64,000 nucleotides of DNA from Amphiscolops sp. MND2022 (GCA_964187785.1 OZ076409.1:40116001-40180000), one strand, 5' to 3'. Shown: positions 39,010 to 51,674, numbered from the stretch's first letter. Numbers and translations are program-made. The notes: generated by a model from the letters alone, not told the origin.

Positions 39010-39430
39010 TCATTTGAAACGAAACTTTGGGTCCCTCGGGCTTAGACCTTTATTTAACCTGAGCAGGCATCCTTGTTTCCCGCAGAGAGGGCACTTGACC
39101 CAAAAGGTACGACCAGCTGTTTCCCTGTAAATCACAATGTCATTATTTTCGAACGACATCTTGAATGAGTTTCCTTTTTTAAATCTGTAACCAAATGTGT
39201 ATCAAAGATTCCAGGAATACACAAATGAGAAGAACACGCCTCAAAAAACTTATCAGTCACAGGAAAAAGTGAAAACAGGTTCGATAACAGTTTTTAAAAG
39301 CAAGGTTATGTGAAACTTACCTCTCAACCACTTTGATCCAGGCTTGACGGCACTGATCGCATATCGCGTGTTCGTCATGGAGAAACCAAATGCAGGAAAA
39401 GACATTGTCTCCACATATGGCGCAAAGCAT
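39010..39430 (-). CDS. Two-exon RING-finger-like protein (94 aa), copy 1
   Basis: Exons 39430-39321 and 39184-39010, joined by a GTAAG..TACAG intron, give MLCAICGDNVFSCIWFLHDEHAICDQCRQAWIKVVERFKKGNSFKMSFENNDIVIYRETAGRTFWVKCPLCGKQGCLLRLNKGLSPRDPKFRFK*. Ligand pattern CxxC..HxxHxxCxxC..W..CPxC. Confidence 0.75.
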
Positions 39431-41338
39431 TTCCAGGTGGTTAATATGTTTCGGGTGGTTAATGTATTTCAGGTGGCTAATGTGTTTTTTTTTTCAAAAA
39501 TGTAGCAGACTTGTCACACGGTTGTTTGGCGATCGAATGGTCAAAACAACCGGCCCGGACAGAATTCATGGTAAGAGGAAAACTTTGAACTTTTTTCTGT
39601 CAGTATTTTTTATCTCTAGGTTTGAAAAACTTGCTTTACTTCATGACTCAAGTAACCACCTAGTAAAATTATAACCTCTGTACTTGCCACAAGTAACAGT
39701 CTCCACTTAATATTCGGTTTAGTAAACCGACGCGGTACTGCGGTAGTGATATGAAAGAGTCACCTTGATTATCATCTTATTTTGAAATGAAAGCAGTATT
39801 CCCTATGATTTCTTCAATGTTTCTTTTTCGTCCAACCCCCATTATGTCAATATAATTGTGTTTGTATTTTGCGCGAAAACCACCCCCCCCCCCCCCGAGA
39901 CGCCTTAACGTTGGTGTTAGATGGAAGAGACATGGAGAGAGTGAACCAAACAACGTGGTTTTCGAATGGTCCATTACTTCATCTTGCTAGTTTTTTTCGA
40001 AGTGAAATCATTTATTCAGAAACAATAATATTTCAGTATACAATAATACAAAAATATTATTGTAGTACCACTTACAAGTGTCACTCAGAAATGAATATTT
40101 TTCGAAGAATTAAGTAAAATTGTTTGAATGAAAAAAATAAATCTTCAAAAAAATTAATGTAAGTAATTTTTAATAATACTTTAAAGAATTGAATAAGGTA
40201 CATATGTGAACAAATGTTTCCAAAATTTCAAAAGTCAAATTACTTTGTAATAATGATTAAGGGTTATTCAGAAAAATAAATGAACAAACTTGAAAACTTA
40301 AAACAAATCATAAGGAACATCATCATCAACTAACATCAAATGTTAGTCATTAATCTAAGGAGATTAAATCTAATTTACAAAGTTTATGAACGTGAACGTA
40401 AAGCAACGGAAAGTTGGGGTTGATGGCGCAGTCAATATGTCCGTTCACAGGTCTCATCAATAGTCTCATCCGAGTCTGAACAAGAGAAGCAAAAGCCTCT
40501 TTGATAAGGAGTATAACAGTGTTTGAGGCTGTTTGATTATAGGCAGGGGTGTGTAATGTAAGAGATGAGTCATTTCCAGTAACCACTGGTTGGTTAAAAA
40601 GCTCTGCGACGACACAACTCAAAACAAGCTCATGTTCAGGTAATTTGCAATGTTTTGGAGAAAATATAAATTGTCAGATTGGGTTTGTTCGGAAGAATTT
40701 TATGTGGAAACTATGAATGATATTTCAAAAACGGCTGATACTTTTTGAAATCATAGTATGTCTAGAGATTCAATAGCTTTGTGGGAGTTGAAGCAAAGAC
40801 TTGCTTAAAAACTGTGGATAAATCAGTCAAAGAGTAGCACAGAATCTTTTGCACAGAATCAACTTTTGCACAGAATCAACTGTCTGTAACTCCAATTTTG
40901 AATTTTTTCAGACGGAAATTGAACTAATGTAAACTAGAACAAAATTTAGGATACGTTTCTTTCTGACAGTTTTCCAAATTTTCAATCGGTTCAGAAAAAA
41001 ATCGATCCTGAGAAAAAAGGTCGAGGATGTTTTCTTAATCACAGTACTGTAGCTCTCAACCAATGAAATGAATGTGTGGGCCTCAATTAGCCAATGATAT
41101 TTGTTTGTTAGTACCGACTGCTCTGTTGTTTTTCGAAAGTTGATCCAATCACTTGACACAAAATGTTGTTTGTTATTTTTGCTATCGAATATAGACTCAA
41201 GTTGTTTTAATTATTTTTGAGAGGCAACGTGAGTACCGGTACTTTTTGATCCCCGTCGAGAGCAAAGATGAAACAGAGTTCCTAAACCATCTTTTAAGTT
41301 ACGTACCAGCTCTGAGAAAATGTCGCTTTTGTCAACTA

Positions 41339-42014
41339 CAGTGGTGTGAAGGAGGAATGCGACTTAGTTGCTCAGAAAGCAAAGCTTTCTCTAATCTGAC
41401 TGGTTCACATAGCCTCGCTGCTCAACTCATATTGGTTTAACAGGCCTCGATTGCTCGCAAAAATTAGTATTTTCAATATTTTACAGTCTTTCGGGGATAA
41501 TTTTTTCATAAAAATTATACCAAAAATTTTCTCTGATTTTTCTCAATCCCAGGATAGTTTTCAATTGTGGAAATCACGAGGGAAACAAAAATGGGAGCAC
41601 TTTTTCGTTCAGTAAAAATGGAACTACATGTATTAAGATAGGAATTTCTGACTTACACTTGGTAAACTCCCACCATTAAACAGTTTCTAAGTATATCTAA
41701 AATCAAATTTCATTTTCGTTCTCGAGAGATTTGAGTTCGTCTACAAGGCAAAAGTTATCAAAAAATATTTATTGGATCACTGATACTTTTTTCTTTAATT
41801 AGCATTTTTGAATATTTTGTCTTCAAAAACACATGTTTCTAACTTCAGATACAATTATGGTTGCAATTTCAAACAAAAATCATTGTATTCATACCAAAAA
41901 TTGAAGAAATTTTTGTTTTTACCAAATCGAACCATTTTGAATAGTTTTGGAGATATGAGACGACAAACTTTGCATTTTTGAGCAGCCGAGTCGCATTCTT
42001 TCTTCACACCACTG
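41339..42014. mobile_element. Tc1/mariner-type MITE, copy 2 (part of the duplication)
   Basis: Same element at offset +3331. Confidence 0.85.
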
Positions 42015-42340
42015 TACAGTATCCTTCTTTCCTTACGATGTGTTTTCAGAAACAAAAGCTTCATTGACTATTGTATATTGAACACAAAATAGCACCAGCT
42101 TAAATTGATAAATTGAAAACAAAAATAGCAGGTGGTTAAATTGAATACAGAAATGGCACCAGTTTAAAATGAAAACTAAAATAGCACTAGCTTAAGTTTT
42201 TTTTAAAATGGAATTTGAACACTCTGAACTGTTTGGTGAATAAAATCACAAAAATATAATTGAAAAGAAAACAGTTTATCTCTTGAAGAGCAAATAAACA
42301 ACGAGTTTTGTAACTTTAATGTTCTAGAAGAGAAAGTTCC

Positions 42341-42761
42341 TCATTTGAAACGAAACTTTGGGTCCCTCGGGCTTAGACCTTTATTTAACCTGAGCAGGCA
42401 TCCTTGTTTCCCGCAGAGAGGGCACTTGACCCAAAAGGTACGACCAGCTGTTTCCCTGTAAATCACAATGTCATTATTTTCGAACGACATCTTGAATGAG
42501 TTTCTTTTTTTAAATCTGTAACCAAATGTGTATCAAAGATTCCAGGAATACACAAATGAGAAGAACACGCCTCAAAAATCTTATCAGTCACAGGAAAAAG
42601 TGAAAACAGGTTCGATAACAGTTTTTAAAAGCAAGGTTATGTGAAACTTACCTCTCAACCACTTTGATCCAGGCTTGACGGCACTGATCGCATATCGCGT
42701 GTTCGTCATGGAGAAACCAAATGCAGGAAAAGACATTGTCTCCACATATGGCGCAAAGCAT
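42341..42761 (-). CDS. Two-exon RING-finger-like protein, copy 2
   Basis: Duplicate at +3331; frame open, with one G>R change at the start of exon 2. Confidence 0.72.
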
Positions 42762-45447
42762 TTCCAGGTGGTTAATATGTTTCGGGTGGTTAATGTATTT
42801 CAGGTGGCTAATGTGTTTTTTTTTTCAAAAATGTAGCAGACTTGTCACACGGTTGTTTGGCGATCGAATGGTCAAAACAACCGGCCCGGACAGAATTCAT
42901 GGTAAGAGGAAAACTTTGAACTTTTTTCTGTCAGTATTTTTTATCTCTAGGTTTGAAAAACTTGCTTTACTTCATGACTCAAGTAACCACCTAGTAAAAT
43001 TATAACCTCTGTACTTGCCACAAGTAACAGTCTCCACTTAATATTCGGTTTAGTAAACCGACGCGGTACTGCGGTAGTGATATGAAAGAGTCACCTTGAT
43101 TATCATCTTATTTTGAAATGAAAGCAGTATTCCCTATGATTTCTTCAATGTTTCTTTTTCGTCCAACCCCCATTATGTCAATATAATTGTGTTTGTATTT
43201 TGCGCGAAAACCACCCCCCCCCCCGAGACGCCTTAACGTTGGTGTTAGATGGAAGAGACATGGAGAGAGTGAACCAAACAACGTGGTTTTCGAATGGTCC
43301 ATTACTTCATCTTGCTAGTTTTTTTCGAAGTGAAATCATTTATTCAGAAACAATAATATTTCAGTATACAATAATACAAAAATATTATTGTAGTACCACT
43401 TACAAGTGTCACTCAGAAATGAATATTTTTCGAAGAATTAAGTAAAATTGTTTGAATGAAAAAAATAAATCTTCAAAAAAATTAATGTAAGTAATTTTTA
43501 ATAATACTTTAAAGAATTGAATAAGGTACATATGTGAACAAATGTTTCCAAAATTTCAAAAGTCAAATTACTTTGTAATAATGATTAAGGGTTATTCAGA
43601 AAAATAAATGAACAAACTTGAAAACTTAAAACAAATCATAAGGAACATCATCATCAACTAACATCAAATGTTAGTCATTAATCTAAGGAGATTAAATCTA
43701 ATTTACAAAGTTTATGAACGTGAACGTAAAGCAACGGAAAGTTGGGGTTGATGGCGCAGTCAATATGTCCGTTCACAGGTCTCATCAATAGTTGCTAAAC
43801 GATCATTCATTGGTCAGAATATTTTGATCCATGCTAATAACAGGGACTTTGGATCCCTGTCGTGAGCAACTTTAGGAAAAGTTGTTACAAATAGTCTATA
43901 CGAAGTTGAAACTTCATCAAACCGAAAACATTTTTTTATGGAAAACCAGCCATAAATTATGGAACTAAAAACGAACTTTGGACCATGTGCCTTATGCCCC
44001 TCACATAAACATTGTTTCTTATCCAACAACAACCCCACAATTAAGTCCCCCCAAACAAAAGAAAGTAGGTCACTATTCCAAACTGAGCATCATCAACAAA
44101 AACAACTTAACAAACCTGAAAAAGTAGTAAACCGAAAACAAAAAAGAGTTTTTACTGATAGAAATCATGTTAATAACTAATCATGAAACAATGAACTGAT
44201 TACAAATTCTTGCAGTGACAGTGAAAAATACGCATGTACGTATATTCTGAATGGGCGATTGATTGATCATCAATTTATTGAACTTGGTAGTTTTGGTCCC
44301 TGTCGTGAGCACTTCCATTAGCACTGTCAGTGTACGTTTACCAGTACTACTAATAATACATTATATTCCTACTAATGTAACAAGAGTGACTGATTGATAC
44401 TGTGTATGCGAATCAAGCAGTGTAGTTATGCGTCGGCCCGTGTAACTCACCAGAACAAGCCGTGATTATCAGAACTATGTGTAATTATGAAATGCCCAGT
44501 GTAGGTAGTCGAAGTGCGTAGAAACGATGATTGGTGTAAGCTAGTCAATTACTGTAATTTCCGATGGTGTACACTGGTCAATTTACGAAGCTGTGTCAAC
44601 TAGTGTAATGACTTATCAATGAGTGTAATGTGTGACAAGTGTAATGCTTTCAAAAAATTATTCGCGCTCTGATTGGACCAAAATCGAACTAGCTGGATCC
44701 TGCTGGTTTGTTACCGGAGTAGGTCTCGTAATGACGGTTCATAAAATTGCGGACAGGGGTAGTAAATGATGACTCCACTGAAACTTTAAAATTTTGTCCT
44801 GATAAAGCCCCCATTGGAAATTTCAAGTGCCTGCGACACACTTCCGACTGAAGTTTTTCAACAAGAACGTCTCTAGGCGTTACGCTGTGACCCCGATCAG
44901 TGTTTTGAATATCCCAAAACCATCCTGAGGGATCCGACTCAACCAAAATTACGAGGCTTCGAGAGGAGTAAACCCTTTGTGACGAAACGTTTGACCAATT
45001 TGCCCGAGTGTACAACCTTTTCTGACAGCGTTATTGTGCAAACTTGGTGGTATCACGTCAGTGCTACCGACAACACTTTTGGGTAATTGCAACTTTCCCA
45101 ATTTCTTTGAGGTTGAGATGTCAACAGGCAGCTCAACTGTTTGTTTGGTGCGCAGTATCCAAAATCACTGCTACAAATTGCTCGGAAGTAATTGTTCTAG
45201 CTCAACGACTAGCGTCAAACGTGTGGAGTAATTTTCAGCACGCTGTGACCGTTTGAACTTATCTTGACTACGACCCAGAGTCTATATTTGAGTACACGAG
45301 AAGTTCTTTCGACCCATAGTGAACCATCTGGAGCTGGAATGAAACGTTCGAAGAAATTCGAGCCCCACTTCTTTTTCAAGGGGGGAATCACCAGCGCAGC
45401 ACAACCAAACCATAAATTGCCCTTGAAGGTCAAAATTGAACCCCAAA

Positions 45448-47045
45448 TGGCAGATCAATCAACAAATTTGTATAATTTGGACGAGGAAGACTGGCCTTCT
45501 CGAGACAGTATCAGAGTTGACTCTGATTTTTTAGACCTAACAAAAGATAGCTCGCGGGCTACCGAGTCAGAGAGGGAGGGAATAATATCCACCTCCAGTT
45601 CAACATAGTCGAGAAGATCATCTATCCACAGCGCACTATTGGAGAAAATTGAGAAAGATGATGCGAGACTCCGTGAGTTGTCTCAGCAGCTTGCTGAAAT
45701 GAACACAGCCCTAACGCAAATGTAGGTAATGTGTGCTACCATTCCAATGCAACAGCAAAAACTGATGTCCCTTGAAAGTGCCACCATTCAGTTGCCAAAC
45801 GACAGCAAGATAGAACCGATGACAGCGCCTACAAAGATATGGTGGTAGACACTAAATTTTTGAACAATACAACCTTGGGCACAGCTGACACGTTGCATGT
45901 GGGTCACACCGCTGACGACGGGTTGCTCAAGCGCAACCCATGTACCAGTGACACAAAAAGTGAATTGATATCACCAAAACAGTTGAATTTCACGGAGGCG
46001 ATATCCAAAGCTATGTCCAAAGAGTTCGCCCCCTTGATTGCCAATCGTGATCAAACAGCAGTCCGACCAATCGCATACCGAGGTTCAAAGGACGGAACCA
46101 ATGATGGGTGGTTGCTCGTGATGAAACGGTATCTGGAACGAGTATATGTGAATTCATCACCTGTTGACAAAGCTTGGGCTATATTCGGTCACTTGGGTGA
46201 TGCAGCTCGGAGCTACATAATCAACAAACCGGAATCCGAGCGGGATTCTCACGAGAATGTAAGTACATTGCTTCCAGTAGATTTGGGCCTGGGGGTAGCC
46301 GCTGGCCGGTGAGGCAAGCTTTCAGGTTGCCAAGCCAACTTGAAAAGGAGGACCTGATGCAGTACTTAGATGCATTGGAAGGTCTCAGGAGTCAGGGTCT
46401 TCCTCAAGCGCAACCCATGTACCAGTGACACAAAAAGTGAATTGATATCACCAAAACAGTTGAAATTCACGGAGGCGATATCCAAAGCTATGTCTAAAGA
46501 GTTCGCCCCCTTGATTGCCAATCGTGATCAAACAGCAGTCCGACCAATCGCATACCGAGGTTCAAAGGACGGAACCATTGATGGGTGGTTGCTCGTGATG
46601 AAACGGTATCTGGAACGAGTATATGTGAATTCATCACCTGTTGACAAAGCTTGGGCTATATTCGGTCACTTGGGTGATGCAGCTCGGAGCTACATAATCA
46701 ACAAACCGGAATCCGAGCGGGATTCTCACGAGAAGGTAAGTACATTGCTTCCAGTAGATTTGGGCCTGGGGGTAGCCGCTGGCCGTTGAGGCAAGCTTTC
46801 AGGTTGCGAAGCCAACTTGAAAAAGAGGACCTGATGCAGTACTTAGATTCATTGGAAGGTCTCAGGAGTCAGGGTCTTCCTGACGAGCCTCTCACAACCC
46901 GACTCTGTGAAATCTTGCATCGTTCCATGGAGGGGTCAGTGATTCCATGTTGCGACGAGAACTGACGGTGGTTTATGCCACTGATTCGTATCTGACAGAG
47001 ACCCACCTACTGTAGAATCACTACGGCTCACTGTACAAGAACTTC
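45448..47045 (+). pseudogene. Ty3/gypsy-type gag remnant, truncated at 47045
   Basis: RPIAYRGSKDGTIDGWLLVMKRYLE..LGDAARSYIINKPESERDS, then frameshifted QLEKEDLMQYLDALEGLRSQG..PTVESLRLTVQEL, a capsid-like pattern. Stops and frameshifts present. Confidence 0.75.
45926..46881 (+). repeat. 477-bp tandem duplication inside gag
   Basis: ctcaagcgcaacccatg occurs at 45926 and 46403; ORFs 45839 and 46370 are near-identical. Confidence 0.95.
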
Positions 47046-47761
47046 CATTACAGTGCATTGACAAGCTAAATTTCTACAAACACAATTCTGTGCGTGTAAC
47101 TCCTTAGATTCCACAGACATGTCTTTAAACGTGCAAAATTGATTAATTTCCACTAGTTTTGTGGAAACCGAGACAGCGTCAACGCAATTCTGTGGAATCC
47201 AATAACAAATACTTAAAACATTAGCTGTGCCGCAGAGCTGTCGGCAACTTTTTGTCTTACTTTCCGCATTTCATGGTCCCGGATTCCACAACAATTTTGT
47301 GAACCAATCAAATTGCTTGAAATTTTGGTGTCCTAGAATCCACAAAAACTTAATCCCCAACTTGATCTCAGAATCCGTAGAAGTCGGCTATTTTCCTTTC
47401 ATCTCTGAATCAAACTAATTTTCTTAATTGACAGTATGGACGCAATAATTGTTTGCTAAATGAACGTTAGCAAACACGGTTTCCCATAAAATCGAAATTT
47501 CTTGGAAAACAAAATTTCAAATATAATCAGTATTGTTGAGTTTTTACCATCGGATTTTTCTTCACAAATGTATTCATTTCACAAATTAGAGAATAAAGTT
47601 GAGATCGAATAATTGTATATGTGGGTGTATGTGTAGATAATTGTATGTGGGGGGTATTCAATACTTAGACTTTTGAAATTATTTAAATTTTGGTTCCAAT
47701 TTTGGGTCATTTATATATTTATATTTGTTTTATATATATTTATATATTTATATATTTATAG

Positions 47762-47961
47762 NNNNNNNNNNNNNNNNNNNNNNNNNNNNNNNNNNNNNNN
47801 NNNNNNNNNNNNNNNNNNNNNNNNNNNNNNNNNNNNNNNNNNNNNNNNNNNNNNNNNNNNNNNNNNNNNNNNNNNNNNNNNNNNNNNNNNNNNNNNNNNN
47901 NNNNNNNNNNNNNNNNNNNNNNNNNNNNNNNNNNNNNNNNNNNNNNNNNNNNNNNNNNNNN
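47762..47961. other. Assembly gap (200 N)
   Basis: Run of exactly 200 N after an AT microsatellite. Confidence 0.99.
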
Positions 47962-48108
47962 GGTATATAATATTCAAGACTTTAACGACTCCAGGAGCGT
48001 TGAGACAACTTAATTTGTATATATAATATTCAAGACTTCAACGACTCCAGGAGCGTTAAGACAGAAAATTATTCAAAAATACTAAACATTTTTTTTAAAA
48101 TCCAGGAA

Positions 48109-51100
48109 ATGCTGCTCAAGAAATGCCCCAAATGCTCCTACCAGACAGAGAAGCTCTTCAATTTCAACCGCCATGTTGGAAAATGCGCAGGTGTTGAGAC
48201 CGAACAGGCTGCCACAGGAAGTAGTCACTTTTCTTGTGACAAATGTCTGCTGCCGGTGTCAACTAAGGATGCCCTCAAAAGGCATCAACGGACTGAGAGC
48301 TGCGCTACGAGGGCAATGGAGCTGGCAGAAGGTCTTTTTCCGCCTCTGAGGAAAAACAGTAAGTTATTCCTCACATGTAATATTTATGCTTCGCAAAAAC
48401 GTGCTCGTTACAGTAAAAACCTGCTCATATCAAACTTTTTATCGTGTTACAATTGTGCTGGCGAAATAGGAACGTACCCCCCATTATGAGAACTTTCTTG
48501 TAAGGAGATGCTATAGTACATATCTTTTAATGTTACAGAGACTGTAACGGTGAAGCTGAAAAGCAAAACGTGTGACGCATGTGGTCAGGAGTTTTCTTCC
48601 CGCAGCAACTTGCTGAGGCACCTTGACCGAGCTCCCCATCACCGATATCCCAACATGGCCTTCTCACGAGTCCCCAGAAAGTCAGACAAGGAAGGCAGCT
48701 ATAGGTAAGGATAATCAGTCAAAACCAAAGCTTTTTTTCAGTTGAACAACAGCAAAAGAAGTCAAAAAAATAATTATTTCATACCTTGAAGTCTTTGAGA
48801 GTTAATTGTTTTTTCAAGGTGAAGATACTTGCCATGGAAGTAAGGGTGGAACTTTTCACTGAATAAAAATTTTAGGTATTGTTTTTTGAATGTTCTTAGG
48901 TACTACGAGCACATTGAGGGGACCAAACAAAGTGCCGTCCAAAAGTGCGTTTTGTGGAATGGGGCTGTAGAAAACCAGTCTAAGCTGGTGTTGAACTACC
49001 TGTTACATGGTTTTCCCATCTTATGGAGAGGCGCCAAGCAGCACGCTGAAGGTCTGGTGATTCCGCATGTCCCCAATGAAGCAGCGACGCAGTTTCTGCC
49101 CTTAGCAGAGCACATGCTTCGTTACATGGCTAACCCTGATGTCCCGATTGCAGCAATGTCGGCAAAACTTAATAAGGTGAAATTAGAAACTTTATTTCAT
49201 GGATACCATGTTTTTTTGAAAGTTGATTTATATATACAACTTTTGTTGTTTTCCGTATATTTTTTACCAGGTATTGGCGTAGGTCATAAAGAAACAACTG
49301 TGACACTAGACTAATTTGTTTCAATAAAAGTGAAATGGGAGCTTCTGAATACATCTGGGGAGTGCAACAATTGACATGTACACATACAGGGGACTTTAAG
49401 GGAAACAGATTTTGTCTTCGATTTTCAGAGTTTGTGTTTTTCTGAATAAAAATTTTGGAATCTAGTTATAAATATATTTACATAAATTATATTTACATGT
49501 AGTATAGTATCTATACTTCACATATATCGGAACGAAGAATCCACAAAATTTTACAATCACAATGAGCTTCAAAATCATGAACGATTACCTCCAAAATAGT
49601 TTTGCAATGGTTTATCATCCAGCGGTAGATTCTTCACCACATGTTTAATTATTGTTTTCTCAATTCTACTTTGCTTATGCAGCCAATTTGAAATTGTTTC
49701 AGCAGCGACATTTGACCAGAGAAGAGTATCTTGCAGAGCAGCGCGCGGGAACGGAAGCAGCAGAAAAAGATCTCTTCCCGGTGAACGTGATCGACATCTC
49801 TCTTGGCCACAAGGTGATAAAAACTAGTGTTACCTTTTGTAGATTTTTTATCCAATCCGTTTTTTGCAAGGTGTTTGTCACTGTTGATATGAATGAATTA
49901 CTATGTAATCCAAAATATACAAAACAAAAACAAATCAAATACACTCGTTGCTTTATTTAGATCTTCTCACCACCCAATTGCGTGAAGAATGCCGCATTCG
50001 ACCGTTTTGCGGAATCAAAATTGGTAGCCGGGGCTGATGACGGGTTCCTAACGCAGAGCACTTGGAATTACCTGTTGCTGTCAAACGATCAGTGTGTGAC
50101 CCCCTGGCACATCGACTTTGCCAGCACCAGCGTGTTTTATGTGGTTCTGCTTGGGGAAAAAATTTTCTGGCTGGTCGAGCCAACGAGGAAGAACTTGAGG
50201 CTCTTCAAGCAGTATAGCGAGAAAGACCCAAGAAGCTTGTTAGATATTATTTCTTGAAAAAAAAACAATTGCCCCCACAGGAACATGATTTTGTAAAAAC
50301 AGCCAAATGAAACGTCGAGCTATTTTTCATCCAAACCCGTCTTAATTATAATGTGGGTCTTTTAGAACCACATCATTTGGAGACCTGGAGCAGTTGGAGG
50401 GAGGATGCTGTCACAGGATCCATGCAAGGGCAGGCGACGCTGTTATTTTACCTTCAAAATGGATTCACTGTGTCCTTACCCATGGCGACAGCGTGGCACT
50501 AGGTGCCAATTTCCTCTGCTCTGGACACAGTGATTTAATTATCGATGCCCATTTTGACGAGGAAGAGGATACACGGTAAATATAATACCAAATTAAACAT
50601 CAATCCCCACTTTTATAGTTTTCAACCGTGTTTCGTAACCCCGGAGCATTTTAAATTTTCAAAATTCCTATTTGCATTTTTACATGGCTCCCTGTGTTTA
50701 CTATAGATATCCAACTGTGGCGACAACGTGGAGTGTAATCCTCTTCAACTACCGCAAGATGCGAGTGCCGCCCAATGACCGGTACAGGAGCCTGCTTCAA
50801 AACATGACTCCAAAGATCAAGGAGGAAGAAGCCTCTACAAAAGAAGTTAGCATTATATTTTTTTATTAACCTACTGAAAGCATTTTTTGGTAACCTGACC
50901 TAACTTTCATGATAATAAGTCAAAGTAATGTTATTGTATTCACTGTTGTAACCACTTAATAACAATCGTTTTGTTCTAAGTTCTCCCAGCCTTTAGCATT
51001 GAGACACTGGACATTGAACCGACTCTACAGGTGTACAGCGGAGGCCGTTTTTGCCGAACCAGTCTGAAGGACATCAGAAAAGCCTCACTGCGCTTCGATG

Positions 51101-51674
51101 TCAAGGGTGAAGTAAAAGTTGGGCTTGATCACCAGGCCACAGTCCCAGATGTCACTAACGAGCCATATGAAGTTGATGATCTCTCTGAGCCAGTAGATGA
51201 CCTGACACTGCTCACGCGGGAGATCATGGACTCTCCCCGGCCAATGCGCAGCTACCATAGAGGTAACCGTTGTTAACTAAAAAGTATAGCTAAAACAATT
51301 AAAAGTTCGAAAAAATTTCGTTCAAATCTGTACACTCGCTCCTGGAGTCGTAACAACTAACTCAAGTCGTCCGAACGACCACACTCTTGTGTTTGCTTTG
51401 GTTTCTTGAGTTGGTAAATTTGATTTCAGTCATTCGAAAAGTCCCCTTGTTAATCAATAAACCCTCTGTTTAAAGTCTTCTTTTGAAAACAATGTTTTTT
51501 CCTAAATCCGCTCTAACTATTGCTTGTGTTACTGTTTTAGATTGGGACCTGGAACAAAAGCAATTCGTGACCTCCTCTCTAACAGCTCAGCCCTGGAAGC
51601 AATCTGAGTTTAGCAGATTCAAGCATATTGCTGCAATTGCCCCGTCAGCACACGAGTTTAACTGTGCAAACTGA
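48109..51674 (+). CDS. C2H2-type zinc finger + JmjC histone demethylase (KDM2/KDM7-like), 9 exons, apparently open
   Basis: Phase-consistent exons: 48109-48358, 48539-48704, 48900-49176, 49703-49813, 49961-50238, 50366-50575, 50707-50845, 51031-51262 (acceptor uncertain), 51541-51674. Three fingers (CPKC..H..C, CDKC..H, CDAC..H). JmjC motifs YLLLSNDQCVTPWHIDFASTSVFYVVLLGEKIFW and LPSKWIHCVLTHGDSVALGANFL, with the HxD..H triad intact. Confidence 0.88.

Larger units (their letters stand above)
37139..43792 (+). repeat. Near-identical 3.33-kb tandem duplication (37139-40464, 40470-43792)
   Basis: Offset 3331 with identical ORF pairs (e.g. 37577/40908). 5-nt filler CTCAT at the junction. Confidence 0.97.
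16931..44733. mobile_element. 27.8-kb TIR DNA transposon (element A) with chromatin-gene cargo
   Basis: Left TIR CATTACGAGACCTATCCCGGTAA (16931-16953); right TIR TTACCGGAGTAGGTCTCGTAATG (44711-44733); 21/23 match. AC lies on both sides (16929-30, 44734-35). GTGTAA/GTCAA-rich subterminal regions at both ends, and a transposase remnant inside. Confidence 0.7.

Noticed and set aside
45043..45060. Primer-binding site tggtggtatcacg
   Set aside because: Only a partial match to a tRNA-Met PBS, and no LTR end could be defined.
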